Below the pieces are notes generated by a model. The model worked only from the letters and a program-made list of their open reading frames with translations. It was not told the DNA's origin and did no database searches. A DNA stretch of 64,000 nucleotides from an uncultured virus (IMG/VR IMGVR_UViG_3300020179_002709) (lineage: Duplodnaviria; Heunggongvirae; Uroviricota; Caudoviricetes), in IMG/VR virus record IMGVR_UViG_3300020179_002709, positions 1 through 64,000 of that record; one strand, given 5' to 3'. The number at the start of each line of letters is the position of its first letter. Position 1 is the first letter of the stretch. The position numbers and the translations under genes are program-made. Below are positions 50,863-62,067 of this stretch, piece by piece.

Positions 50863-52878
50863 ATGACCACTTTAATTACCAAAAAATTTAAAAAACATAT
50901 TGGCGAGCAGTTAATAGAGTCTATTACAGAACCAGCTAATAATGTTTATTATCTATTAGCTGCTAGACATTTTCCATTTGCCAATAATGACGCAACTATT
51001 CCAGTTCCTGATAATACTTTCAAAGAGCTTGAGACTGTTGTATATGAGGAAGCTATCTTTGGTAAAAAAATTAATTCATCTGATGTAAATCTAGTTATTC
51101 CAAAATATATTTGGACTTCTAATACAGTATACTCTCCATACGATGATACAGATACAGGATTACTTGATAAGAAATTTTATGTAGCGGTTGACGGAGGAGC
51201 AACCTATTACATCTACAAGTGCTTAGATAATAATGGGGGAGTAGCTTCTAACGTTCAGCCTACAAATACAAGTGAAAGTGCATGCAACTTTGTAACAACT
51301 GCTGACGGGTATGTTTGGAAGCTAATGTATAAACTTCCGGAAGCTACGTTTGAGAAGTTTCAAACGGCCGATTATATGCCAGTAACTACAAATGCTAATG
51401 TAGCGGGCAATACTGTCTCTGGTGCAATTGACGTTATTAAAATTACTACACCAGGTTCAAATTATGTTGCCACTCTTAACGGACAATTTACCGCTAGTGA
51501 TTTAAGAGAGTCTATTCCTGGAGTTACCGGTAATACTACAACTTACAGACTAAACGAGTCTGCTTCCGCCAATGCTGATTTTTATGTTGGTAGTGCACTT
51601 TATATTTCTACAGGAACTGGCGCTGGACAGCTAAAAAGAATTACTGACTATAATGCAGTATCAAGAGTTGCTACAATTAATTCTATATTTACGGTTCCTC
51701 CATCAACAGATTCTACCTACGTTGTTGCCCCAAATATTATAATTGGAGGAGATGGATCTGACGCAACTGCCTATGCCACCGTAAGTTCTAATAATTCCGT
51801 CAACAATTATATTAGTAAGGTTAATATTATTAATAGAGGAACTAATTATACTTACACGTCTATTACTGTTACAGGTAATACGGGTGGCGTAAGTAACGCA
51901 GCCTCATTAAGAGCAATTATTCCTCCAGTAGGAGGACACGGAAAAAATCCTGCATCAGAATTAGGAGCAAAAGCAGTCGCTATATCGCTTTCATTCAATA
52001 CAACTGAGAGTGGCTACATTACTGCAGAAAATGATTATAGAAAATTAGCACTTATTAGAGACCCTCTTTTTAGAAACGTTACACTTACACTCGGTAGTGA
52101 GATAGGAACGTTCACTGCCGGGGAAAATGTACATCAGATTGAATATAAAACACTTTTAGGTACTGTGGCTGGTAATACAAGTACTAATGCTATTACGGGT
52201 ACGGGCACGAGTTTTAATATTTCTTTAAAAGCAAATGATAGAATTTTAATTTATGATACTATTACAGGACTGTATAGCTTGAGAACCGTTACCACGGTTA
52301 CAAATGCTACCTCTATTATTGTAAATGATGAGCTTCCTTTTATTTCTTCTATTGCAAGATATTCTTTTGTAAGTATATTAGCTAGCGGAGTTAAAACAGG
52401 CAATTCATCTCCTTATCTTACTATGAGTAACGTGGAACCAAAATTTACAACAGGTAAAATTATAGTCGGTGAAACATCAGGCGCTATCGCTAATGTAACT
52501 AATATTGATGTAAATGAAAAAAATTATAATAACTGGAACACATTAGACAATAGAACAAGAATATCATACACAACTAAATCTGGCTCGATGCCAGAAGATG
52601 CAGTAGTGCTACAAACAGACATCTCATTAAGTAATGCATATTTTCATTCTTCTAATAGCACTTACATTTTTCTTACAGCTGAAAGGGGACCAATTAACGC
52701 AGATCCTGCCGAGCTGATAAGAGAAAACCAAGGTGCAGCTACCTTTACGCTTGGTAGTGTTAAGTACCTACCTGACATAATAAAAGGTTCTGGAGAGGTT
52801 ATATACATAGAGAATACTACTGCAATTTCAAGAGCAAATAATCAATCAGAAACTTTAAGATTAATTATAAATTTTTAA
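50863..52878 (+). CDS. gp8: Baseplate wedge subunit (gp8-like)
   Basis: YKCLDNNGG, DGYVWKLMY, GGHGKNPASELGA, SGEVIYIEN. Confidence 0.85.
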   Translation: MTTLITKKFKKHIGEQLIESITEPANNVYYLLAARHFPFANNDATIPVPDNTFKELETVVYEEAIFGKKINSSDVNLVIPKYIWTSNTVYSPYDDTDTGLLDKKFYVAVDGGATYYIYKCLDNNGGVASNVQPTNTSESACNFVTTADGYVWKLMYKLPEATFEKFQTADYMPVTTNANVAGNTVSGAIDVIKITTPGSNYVATLNGQFTASDLRESIPGVTGNTTTYRLNESASANADFYVGSALYISTGTGAGQLKRITDYNAVSRVATINSIFTVPPSTDSTYVVAPNIIIGGDGSDATAYATVSSNNSVNNYISKVNIINRGTNYTYTSITVTGNTGGVSNAASLRAIIPPVGGHGKNPASELGAKAVAISLSFNTTESGYITAENDYRKLALIRDPLFRNVTLTLGSEIGTFTAGENVHQIEYKTLLGTVAGNTSTNAITGTGTSFNISLKANDRILIYDTITGLYSLRTVTTVTNATSIIVNDELPFISSIARYSFVSILASGVKTGNSSPYLTMSNVEPKFTTGKIIVGETSGAIANVTNIDVNEKNYNNWNTLDNRTRISYTTKSGSMPEDAVVLQTDISLSNAYFHSSNSTYIFLTAERGPINADPAELIRENQGAATFTLGSVKYLPDIIKGSGEVIYIENTTAISRANNQSETLRLIINF

Positions 52879-52887
52879 GAGGAAGCA

Positions 52888-55800
52888 ATGCCTTTAGATT
52901 CTAATTTAAATGTATCACCATACTTTGATGATTTCGATGAGCAGAAAAACTTTCATCGAGTATTGTTTAGACCAGGCGTTGCAGTTCAGGCTCGCGAGCT
53001 AACTCAACTTCAAACAATTCTTCAAAATCAAATTGAGAGATTTGGCGATAACATTTATCGCACAGGTACGATTATTAAAGGGTGCGCTCTCAACCCAGAT
53101 TACAGATATAACTATATAAAAATTCTTGATAATCAGGCCGACGGTCAGCCTGTATCAATGGCTCTTTATTCTAACTCTTTAATTATTCAAGAGTCTTCTA
53201 ACTTACGGGCTTTTGCCGTTAACTACAAAACCGGTCTTGAATCTCAAGATCCCGATCTTAATACTCTTTATATTAAGTATCAAAATACTGGTACCGGTGG
53301 AGAAAAAACTTTTTCAGCGAGTCAAGTAGTAAAAGTATTTAACAGAAATAGAACAATCGAAGACATAAATGTTGTTCTTGGCGGCACATTATATTCTAAT
53401 AATGATACTGTAGTATTTTCTGGAGGTAGCGGAGCCGGCGCATCAGCAGTTCTCACTACCGATGCAGGAGGTAAAATTGTAGATGTATCCGTACAATCAA
53501 AAGGATCGGGCTATACTACTACACCAAATGTATCGATAACTACCTCTACAGGGTCAGGCGCTAACATAGCTGCATTAAACTATATTGCTGAGTTAACTGT
53601 AGCTGCGGTAACTAATGCTGTGGGTATTGGTGCAGCTGTTAAGACATCAGAAGGTATTATATACCAAAAAGGTAACTTCATAAGAGTAGATGAGGAAGAG
53701 ATCGTTATTGAAAAATATAGCAATCTTCCAAACAATAAAGTTGTTGGTTTTAGAAGTGCTGAAACGTTTGTAAATAGCGCTATTGATACATCACTTTTAG
53801 ATGTTGCTACTGGTACACCTAATTATGCAGCACCAGGTGCTAACAGATTAAAGCTTACACCTCAGCTTGTTGTAATGAGTAGATCTGAAGCAAAATCTAA
53901 TAATGAGTTTTTAGCCCTGTTAGAATTTGAAAATGGACGAGTTATTAAAGATAGAACCTACACTCAATTTAATTCTTTAAATAGAGAAATTTCAAGAAGA
54001 ACTTTTGAAGAGAGTGGTAATTACGTTATTAATCCAATGCCTTTGGATACTGAAGATATTACACCTGCTAACACAACCCACTTTAATTTAGTTACCGGAG
54101 GTGGTACCTCTTATGTAAACGGTGAGCGCATTCAAATTCTTAATTATGTTAAGACACCTATTAGAAAAGCTGACGATTCAGCTAACGTAGCTAATCAAAC
54201 AATTAATACACAATACGGAAGCTATATCTTAGTTAAGCAGCTTTTAGGTTATTTTGAAATTAAAGAAGGCACTACTTTAAATTTAAGAGAAACAGCTGCC
54301 ACTGATGTATCAGACAACGCTGGTAGCACACCCACAGCACCAGGTAATCTTGTTGGAACAGCTAGAGCAAGAGCATTAGAATATCATAGTGGAACAATTG
54401 GAACGCCTGACTGTGTATATAGATTATACATTTTTGATATTAGAATGGCTACAGGATTTCCATTTAATCGTATTAGGTCCGTTTCAGTTGGATCAACTGC
54501 AGTTGCAGATTTAGTTTTAGAAAACAGCCAGGCAATTCTTAAAGATGTAGAGAATGATATTTTAGTATTTAAAACAGGTACGTTTGCTGTTAAAGAGCTT
54601 AATTCTGAAGAATTTATTTTTAGAACTTCTACAAATAGCACCTTTACACTTTCTGGAGATCAAACCATAACGTTCTCCGGAGGAAATACAGTACCATATG
54701 GAACTGGTTCCCTTACCGATATTCAAATAAATGATTTTATAGTTGTACCAAGCGCCACCTTCAGATACAGCGCTAACAATACCGGTACAGTTGATATGAC
54801 AAACGGAGAGGCAAACGTATTAGGGACCTCCACAACTTTTACATCAACGTATAAAGTTGGTGATTTTATTCAAATAGGTCAATCCGGTAAGCTAGACAGA
54901 ATTGTAACAATTTTTAGTGATGTAAAATTAGCAGTAGCTAATACTACCGCAGCTTCTTACACCGCAAACGCACACTACACAGCTTTTCCTAGAGGGGTAC
55001 CTATCGACTTTAATAGGGACAGTAGAGATATTTCTATTCCATCTACAACAAGTATTACTGTTGATATTGGTACAAGTATTAACGTTGCTGCGTCTTTTGT
55101 AATGTACCATGATTTAGAAAATTTTGAACCAGCTGTTAGAACCAAAACTGTAAGTAATCCGGTTTATGTGAAAGTATCATCATCGAGAGTTACTGCAACA
55201 CCTAATGGACCGTGGTGCCTAGGTCTTCCGGACGTAATAAGTCTTGAGGGAGTTCACGTTGGCACTTCTTCTACTTATTCCGATACAACAACTAATTATG
55301 CTGAACAGTTTGAATTAATTACTGGACAAAAAGATAATTTTTATGGTCTAGCATACCTTCGTAAGAAGCCGGGATCAACTCTCTCACTTTCAGGTAGTAA
55401 TAATTTAACTGTTAAACTAAAAGTATTTACCCACTCATCTGGAAAATACTTTTCTACTGAATCATACCCTGTTGATGATTCAACTGATCCTTTACCATCT
55501 AATAAAATTAGAACAGAATCAATTCCTGTTTTTGTATCTCCAACATCCGGTGAACAATTTCCTTTAAGAGATAGTGTTGATTTCAGGCCAATTGCTTCTA
55601 ATACTGCTGTATATTCTAGCACTGTAGGATCAGCCTCTATAGACCCGGATGCTACTGAAACAATACCTGCTGGTGAAAAATTCTTTCCATCTCCATCAAG
55701 AAGCTTTGAATGTAATATTGAAGCATATATGTCTAGAGTAGATAGAATTGTCTTAGGTAGCGATGGTAATATAAGAATTATAGAAGGTCTACCCGCATTC

Positions 55801-58800
55801 AACCCAGTGGCACCCCCTAAAGAAAATACATCTATGGATTTAGGGCTTATTAGAATTATGCCCTACCCTAGCCTCACATCTAGGGCAGCAATGCTTAATA
55901 AGAGACCAGATCTTAAGAGTATGATCACCCCACTTCAGACAAGAAGATATACAATGGGGGATATAAGAGACTTAGAAAATAGACTTCAAAGACTAGAGTA
56001 TTATACATTACTTAATACACTTGAGACTGACGCAGCTACTTTAGCAATTCCAAGCTCAGCTTGTAATACAGTAGAAGTATTTAAAAACGGGTTTTTTGTT
56101 GATTCATTCGATAACTACGTTATTTCTAATATTAATGATGGCGAGTATAAAGCTTTAGTAGACACGACGAGATCACGTTTAGTACCACAAGAAGAAATTT
56201 TCTCTATTGATTTAAAATTTGATGCTGTTAATAGCGTAAACGCTACGAGAAATGGCGACCTAGTAACATTAAATTACACCCAAAAAGAACTGCTTAGTCA
56301 ACCTCTTGCTAATAAAGAAAGAACGCTTGTTGAAGGATTTTGGTCATTTAGAGGCAAGATGACTGTTATACCTAGAGTAGATAACTTCTTTGATAGGGAA
56401 GTTACCGCTACATCTTCAGTAGAAATAAACATTGCCGATCCTATTAACGCTTTAGTTAATGCGCAAAATGAAATAAATTCTAGAGTGGCAACGGCTACTT
56501 CATTAATTAATACTGTAAATCAAACTTCATCTGCTCAAAGAATGGAAGGTAATTTTTTAAGAACAGATTTTTCTGAGAATATTACTGAAACATTTGAAGA
56601 TGAGTTCACTACAATAACAGTACCTCCCGTACAAACTTCTATAACGCAGATTAATAACCTACTTACAAGCGTTCATATTAATCCATATATGCGCGGTCAA
56701 AAAATTGGTCTTTATGTTGTTGGTTTAAGACCGGGCGCCCAGCACTATCTATTTTTTGACGGTGTTGATTTAACGAATGAAGCTGTATCGGCTACTTTAA
56801 ATACGTTTAGTAACGCCACAATTAATGATTTTGTTCCAAGATACAATAAGGGCTCTTCACCTGGACTTTTTGCCGATGATAAAGGTAACTTAGGTATTGT
56901 TGTATGGATGCCCGCTGATACATTTACCACAGGCGAAAAAGAATTTTTAGTTGTAGACGTCAGTACTTTAGATTCTGAACAATCAGCAACTTCTAAAGCT
57001 ACAGGTAAGTTTGCTTCTTTTACAATGTCAGGAGAAGCTACCAATATTACTATTGGAACAAAATCATTTGATCTTTCAGAATCTTCTTTTGATACCGATA
57101 CATTTACACAAACAAGATCTGTTACAACTAATAGGGAATGGACAGAGTTTGAATTTATACCTCCCAGGGACCCTCTCGCTCAGACATTTTTAGTACAAAA
57201 GCAAGCAGGTAGATCTCAATTTGTTATGATTTCTTCTATAGATGTATTTTTCAAGCAAAAAGATTCTACAAAAGGAGTCACTTTAGAAATTAGAGAGGTT
57301 GATGAAGGAGGATATCCAACTAATCAGGTTTTACCTTTCTCAAGTGTATATAAAACTTCTGCTGAGGTAAGTACTAGCGCCACTGCTTCCTCTGCTACAA
57401 CATTTACTTTTCCAGCGCTTGTTACTTTAAAGACTGGCAGAGAATATGCAATTACACTTACACCAGATAGCAACTCACCAGAGTATAGAGTGTGGACTGC
57501 AATTGCTGGTGTTCCCGATGTTACTAATACTAACCTCATTACTAATTTAACCTGGGGACTTGGAACACTGTTCTTCTCAACAAGCGGAAGAGCATTTACC
57601 GCAGTTCAAAATGAAGACTTAAAATTTACAGTAAGATATGCTGAATTTAATCCAACCACAGGTACCGTTGAATTAACTAACGGGGATATGGAATTTTTAA
57701 CAATAAGTGATGTAAGCGGATCTTTTGTTGACGGTGAAGATGTAGCCCAGCTCGGCACATCCTACCTTAATGTTAACCTTACTACAAATACAACTAGCTA
57801 CGTTATAAACACTTCTACAAGTCTTACATCTACCCTGGCAGCTAATGATTATGTTTTAGTTGTATATGGCACTAACAAGCAAGTAGGAACTGCTAACGTT
57901 AAAGCTGTTAGCACTACAGTAAGTAATGCCGGCTCAACATCAACCGGATTTACAACAAAGTACGCTGTTGGTGATTATATTAATATTGGTACAGAAATAA
58001 GATTGGTAACTGCAGTTGCTAGTGATACAAGCCTAACCGTTGACTCAGCATTTAATGCAACTATTACAGATAGCAACCATTATTCTGTAGATGAAAAATT
58101 TGATATTTTTAGAATAATAAGTGCTAACTCAACTTCTATTACAGTTAATAGACCGCCCGCATATGTTGCAAACACAACAGCTGGAGCAAGTATTCAAAAA
58201 GCCGTACACGGTGTTGTCAATTATTATAGTCCAAGCAAAAATACAATTTATTTATCCGACAGCAATTCAACTAATAGTACATTTAAAGTTGCTCCTAATA
58301 CCGCTACGTATTTTGCTTATTTGATCGGCGACAGATCTGATGCAGTTGCTAAAGTAACAAGTATTAATAATCTTACCGCTACAGGATATACACCTTTAAT
58401 AAACATATTACAGCTACCAAGCACAACGGTTAGTTTAAGTGCAGAATTAGCAAAAACAGCTGGAGGTACAGACTCTGCATCTTATGTCTTTGGCGGTAAA
58501 AACACATTAAGATTTAACGATACAGCTCTTATTAAAAGTAAGAGTAATGAAATTTCTGGAGTTGGTATTACTAAGTCATTTAAAGCTACTATTAATTTTG
58601 ATACTGATAAAGCAGATATTTCTCCAGTACTTGACGTTAATCCTATTAGTATAGCTATTCAAAAATATAATATTAATAATGATTCTACAAATGAAAACAC
58701 TCGCTACGGAAGCGCAAGCTCAAAGTATATTTCTAAGAGACTTGAATTAGCAGAAGATCAAGACGCAGAAGATATCAAAGTATTTTTAAAAGCTTACAGA

Positions 58801-59391
58801 CCTAGCGGAACTGATATTGAGGTTTATGCTAAGATATTAAACTCCGGAGATAGTGAGTCATTTGATGATAAAGACTGGTCAATGTTGCAGATGATAACTT
58901 CTTCTACTCTTTACAGCTCTTCTGTAAATGAAAATGATTTAAGAGAGTATGAGTTTACATTTAGAAGAACCCCAACAACAACAGGTATAAGCGGTAAAGT
59001 TACTACTGCGGCTTCAACAACGCTTGAAGGATTTGGTACTACGTTTACTACAGACTTTACCACGAGCGATTTAATAAAAATTGTTTACTCTAACACTGAA
59101 ACAGATTTTGAAATTATTCCTATCGCATCAATCACGGATAATGATACATTGGTTCTCGCTTTTGCACCATCTGCTTCTAAAATTGGTCCCGGCTACTCTA
59201 TAGAAAAAGTAACTAAACCAAAAGAAGCTTATAAAAATAATCAAAATGGAAATGTTGTAAGATATTTTGATAGCAGCAGAGCCGCACACGACACCTATAA
59301 GTTTATGGCAATTAAAATTGTTCTTAAAGCGACAGGCAACTATTTGGTTCCATCCGTTGATGATGTAAGAGCTATAGCGATTTCAGTATGA
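52888..59391 (+). CDS. Large virion structural protein (VrlC/DUF4815-like)
   Basis: NVSPYFDDF...RVLFRPGVAVQARELTQLQ, APGANRLK, FKNGFFVDSF, DPLAQTF. Confidence 0.85.
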   Translation: MPLDSNLNVSPYFDDFDEQKNFHRVLFRPGVAVQARELTQLQTILQNQIERFGDNIYRTGTIIKGCALNPDYRYNYIKILDNQADGQPVSMALYSNSLIIQESSNLRAFAVNYKTGLESQDPDLNTLYIKYQNTGTGGEKTFSASQVVKVFNRNRTIEDINVVLGGTLYSNNDTVVFSGGSGAGASAVLTTDAGGKIVDVSVQSKGSGYTTTPNVSITTSTGSGANIAALNYIAELTVAAVTNAVGIGAAVKTSEGIIYQKGNFIRVDEEEIVIEKYSNLPNNKVVGFRSAETFVNSAIDTSLLDVATGTPNYAAPGANRLKLTPQLVVMSRSEAKSNNEFLALLEFENGRVIKDRTYTQFNSLNREISRRTFEESGNYVINPMPLDTEDITPANTTHFNLVTGGGTSYVNGERIQILNYVKTPIRKADDSANVANQTINTQYGSYILVKQLLGYFEIKEGTTLNLRETAATDVSDNAGSTPTAPGNLVGTARARALEYHSGTIGTPDCVYRLYIFDIRMATGFPFNRIRSVSVGSTAVADLVLENSQAILKDVENDILVFKTGTFAVKELNSEEFIFRTSTNSTFTLSGDQTITFSGGNTVPYGTGSLTDIQINDFIVVPSATFRYSANNTGTVDMTNGEANVLGTSTTFTSTYKVGDFIQIGQSGKLDRIVTIFSDVKLAVANTTAASYTANAHYTAFPRGVPIDFNRDSRDISIPSTTSITVDIGTSINVAASFVMYHDLENFEPAVRTKTVSNPVYVKVSSSRVTATPNGPWCLGLPDVISLEGVHVGTSSTYSDTTTNYAEQFELITGQKDNFYGLAYLRKKPGSTLSLSGSNNLTVKLKVFTHSSGKYFSTESYPVDDSTDPLPSNKIRTESIPVFVSPTSGEQFPLRDSVDFRPIASNTAVYSSTVGSASIDPDATETIPAGEKFFPSPSRSFECNIEAYMSRVDRIVLGSDGNIRIIEGLPAFNPVAPPKENTSMDLGLIRIMPYPSLTSRAAMLNKRPDLKSMITPLQTRRYTMGDIRDLENRLQRLEYYTLLNTLETDAATLAIPSSACNTVEVFKNGFFVDSFDNYVISNINDGEYKALVDTTRSRLVPQEEIFSIDLKFDAVNSVNATRNGDLVTLNYTQKELLSQPLANKERTLVEGFWSFRGKMTVIPRVDNFFDREVTATSSVEINIADPINALVNAQNEINSRVATATSLINTVNQTSSAQRMEGNFLRTDFSENITETFEDEFTTITVPPVQTSITQINNLLTSVHINPYMRGQKIGLYVVGLRPGAQHYLFFDGVDLTNEAVSATLNTFSNATINDFVPRYNKGSSPGLFADDKGNLGIVVWMPADTFTTGEKEFLVVDVSTLDSEQSATSKATGKFASFTMSGEATNITIGTKSFDLSESSFDTDTFTQTRSVTTNREWTEFEFIPPRDPLAQTFLVQKQAGRSQFVMISSIDVFFKQKDSTKGVTLEIREVDEGGYPTNQVLPFSSVYKTSAEVSTSATASSATTFTFPALVTLKTGREYAITLTPDSNSPEYRVWTAIAGVPDVTNTNLITNLTWGLGTLFFSTSGRAFTAVQNEDLKFTVRYAEFNPTTGTVELTNGDMEFLTISDVSGSFVDGEDVAQLGTSYLNVNLTTNTTSYVINTSTSLTSTLAANDYVLVVYGTNKQVGTANVKAVSTTVSNAGSTSTGFTTKYAVGDYINIGTEIRLVTAVASDTSLTVDSAFNATITDSNHYSVDEKFDIFRIISANSTSITVNRPPAYVANTTAGASIQKAVHGVVNYYSPSKNTIYLSDSNSTNSTFKVAPNTATYFAYLIGDRSDAVAKVTSINNLTATGYTPLINILQLPSTTVSLSAELAKTAGGTDSASYVFGGKNTLRFNDTALIKSKSNEISGVGITKSFKATINFDTDKADISPVLDVNPISIAIQKYNINNDSTNENTRYGSASSKYISKRLELAEDQDAEDIKVFLKAYRPSGTDIEVYAKILNSGDSESFDDKDWSMLQMITSSTLYSSSVNENDLREYEFTFRRTPTTTGISGKVTTAASTTLEGFGTTFTTDFTTSDLIKIVYSNTETDFEIIPIASITDNDTLVLAFAPSASKIGPGYSIEKVTKPKEAYKNNQNGNVVRYFDSSRAAHDTYKFMAIKIVLKATGNYLVPSVDDVRAIAISV

Positions 59392-59603
59392 AATTAATAA
59401 AGACTCAAAACCCTGACTTTAGTAGAGATCAAAGTAATTTTGCTCTAATAAATACTAACGTAAATGCTTACAAACAATATAAGCTTCAGAGAAATAATAG
59501 AAATCAAATTGCCAAGCAAGAAGAAGAAATAAAAAAACTTACTTCTGATATTGAGCAATTAAAGGAACTTGTTAAACTTTTAGTAAAAGATAAAAATGGC
59601 TAA
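59388..59603 (+). CDS. Small coiled-coil hypothetical protein
   Basis: RDQSNFALINTN...; coupled to both neighbours. Confidence 0.65.
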   Translation: MKLIKTQNPDFSRDQSNFALINTNVNAYKQYKLQRNNRNQIAKQEEEIKKLTSDIEQLKELVKLLVKDKNG

Positions 59604-60420
59604 AACAGTTGCTAATGTTGCTATTGCAACAGACACATTTGCTGGATGGGTTGGTAAAACAAATGTACTTCTCGATGCTTTAACATACGAGATTGTTACT
59701 TGTGACGACACTTCAGGAGGAGCTAACACTTCTGGAAATGGTAACGTTATTGGAATTCTTACAGCAAATGTTTTTAGCACCCCATTACTAAGAGGGGGAA
59801 CAGCCGGTAACACAGCTAACATATCCACTCTTACTATCGGTATATCAAATTCGTCAATTTCATCAAATGTTATTGTATCAGGGTATACAGCTAATATTAT
59901 AGCTAATACTCTTAATATAACATCCAATACTAATATTGGATCTGGCACTCAAGACTTGATTGTTAATGTGTCTGATATAGTAGTAAATGCTGCTTCACTT
60001 GATATTACTCTTTCAAGTGATCTAGTAGTTAATTCAAATCTCACAGTAAGCGGCAACGCCATAGTAAATAGCTCTCTTACGTTTGTATCGAAGTCTCAAA
60101 TTTTAGCTAAGACGATTACCTTGGCGTTTCCAGATACAGTAACACAAAATCTTGTTGATAGCTTTGCTATTGCTGACTTTGTCGGTGCAAAGTACACCGT
60201 TAGTGTAACAGATCAAAATAATTCTAATAATAAAGCAATGACAGAGCTGTCAGTAGTATATGGGTTCTCTAACGCACACATGACAGAATACGGTACAATT
60301 TATTCGAATACTCAGTTTGCAACATTTTCTATAAATGCGACCGCAACTCACGTTAGATTGTATGCTAACTCTGCCACTTCAAGCGCACAGTTTAAGATTC
60401 ATAGAGTGTCTTTTGTATAA
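59596..60420 (+). CDS. Virion structural/fibre protein
   Basis: DTFAGWVGKTN N-terminus; C-terminal AKYTV...MTEYG domain. Confidence 0.65.
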   Translation: MAKTVANVAIATDTFAGWVGKTNVLLDALTYEIVTCDDTSGGANTSGNGNVIGILTANVFSTPLLRGGTAGNTANISTLTIGISNSSISSNVIVSGYTANIIANTLNITSNTNIGSGTQDLIVNVSDIVVNAASLDITLSSDLVVNSNLTVSGNAIVNSSLTFVSKSQILAKTITLAFPDTVTQNLVDSFAIADFVGAKYTVSVTDQNNSNNKAMTELSVVYGFSNAHMTEYGTIYSNTQFATFSINATATHVRLYANSATSSAQFKIHRVSFV

Positions 60421-60432
60421 TAAAGGTTAACA

Positions 60433-62058
60433 ATGCCAGCTAATACCCAATATTTCAGAGTAGAGTACGGATTAGATGTTAATCTAGATGCCGTTATAGG
60501 AAAAGAACTATCTGTAACTAATACAGCTTCTTTTGGTAATAATGTAACTATTCAAGGCGATCTAGTAGTTAATGGTCAAACAACCTTTAACGACTCCCAA
60601 TTAGTTGAACTTGGTACCGGACAGGTAGTTTTTGTTTCAGGTGCTCAGGGAGCTCCATCTACAGATGCAAGATTAACTGTCAACAGAGGTGCAAGCGCTA
60701 ATGTAGAAATAAGATGGAATGAGACTCTTGACACATGGCAATTTACAAATAATGGAACTAATTACTACCCATTAAAATCTTACTCTGATTTAACTTATCA
60801 GTTTAGCACCCTTAACTCAACCAATGTTGATCCAGGATCCGGACTATTAAGATTTAATAACGGCACCCCCTCTCTAGTTACTCAAATTTCTATTGATAAT
60901 ACTGAGCTTGGAGGAACTGATGTTTCTGCATATATTGATTCTTTAGATGACAGCAACAATACAGTAAAAGGATTTTTACTTTTTAGAAGCTCTGTTAATC
61001 AAGATCGATTTATTGTATATGAACTTAATTCAATAACTACCCAGACAGGGTATCGTCAGTTTTCAGTAACACATGTTTCTGGTAGCACATTGTTTACTAA
61101 TGATGATGTTTTATTTTTAAGCTTTCTTCGTTCAGGAGATAAAGGTGATAAAGGTGAAAAGGGTGAAAAAGGTCAGAAAGGTGAAAGGGTAAGCTCGGGT
61201 AATTTTGATAGCGGCACCAACTCTTTACTATTTACTAATTCTGACGGATCTACTTTTACAGTGGCAGGTATAAAAGGTGATAAGGGTTCTTCAGGAGAAA
61301 AAGGTAATAAAGGCGATACAGGTGCTCAAGGCATTGGGGGTCCAGGAGCACAAGGCGATTTAGGTCCCGGAGGGCCTCAAGGTAATAAAGGCGATACAGG
61401 TGCTAAAGGTGAACCAGGAGGTCCAGGTGGTCCAGGTGTTGCAGGGCCTCAAGGGAATTTGGGCGCTCAAGGTCTTAAGGGAGATGTCGGCCCTCAAGGT
61501 TCTAAGGGAGATAAGGGAGATAAAGGTGCACAAGGCGGACCAGGTCCTGCAGGTCCTCAGGGATCTGGCGGTGATAAAGGTAATAACGGTGCTCAAGGGC
61601 AACCCGGCCCGGCCGGTACTGTAATTGACTCATCTAGTGATTTAAATATTAGATCTTTAAGAGTTAATACAGGTGCAGTTTCAATCAATGCAGGAGAAAT
61701 ATTAGCAGCTGGTGATATTACAGCATTCTATTCAGACTTAAGACTTAAAAAGAATATTGAAGAAATAAAAGATGCCACAAAAAAATTATTAATGCTAACC
61801 GGAGTTTATTACTCCCAGAACGAATTAGCAGAAAAGTTTGGTTATAACGACTACAGAAGACAACTTGGACTAATAGCTCAAGAAGTACAAAAAATATGCC
61901 CTGAAGCTGTTAGACTAGCACCATTTGATTTAGATGAAAACGGAATAAGCAAATCCGGAGAAAACTATCTTACTATTAAATACGAGAGATTGATTCCTCT
62001 TCTCATTCAGTCTATAAAAGAAATTGATAAAAGGGTTAGTGATTTAGAAAATAAGTGA
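60433..62058 (+). CDS. Collagen-like fibre with C-terminal peptidase S74 chaperone
   Basis: RWNETLDTWQFTNNG; Pro-containing Gly-X-Y run; YSDLRLKKNI...YERLIPLLIQSIKE. Confidence 0.85.
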   Translation: MPANTQYFRVEYGLDVNLDAVIGKELSVTNTASFGNNVTIQGDLVVNGQTTFNDSQLVELGTGQVVFVSGAQGAPSTDARLTVNRGASANVEIRWNETLDTWQFTNNGTNYYPLKSYSDLTYQFSTLNSTNVDPGSGLLRFNNGTPSLVTQISIDNTELGGTDVSAYIDSLDDSNNTVKGFLLFRSSVNQDRFIVYELNSITTQTGYRQFSVTHVSGSTLFTNDDVLFLSFLRSGDKGDKGEKGEKGQKGERVSSGNFDSGTNSLLFTNSDGSTFTVAGIKGDKGSSGEKGNKGDTGAQGIGGPGAQGDLGPGGPQGNKGDTGAKGEPGGPGGPGVAGPQGNLGAQGLKGDVGPQGSKGDKGDKGAQGGPGPAGPQGSGGDKGNNGAQGQPGPAGTVIDSSSDLNIRSLRVNTGAVSINAGEILAAGDITAFYSDLRLKKNIEEIKDATKKLLMLTGVYYSQNELAEKFGYNDYRRQLGLIAQEVQKICPEAVRLAPFDLDENGISKSGENYLTIKYERLIPLLIQSIKEIDKRVSDLENK

Positions 62059-62067
62059 AAGGTTATT

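Noticed and set aside
54384..59948. Minus-strand ORFs within the VrlC-like and neighbouring genes (e.g. 55341-55802, 59580-59948)
   Set aside because: Fully antisense to long, well-supported structural genes and without recognisable motifs.
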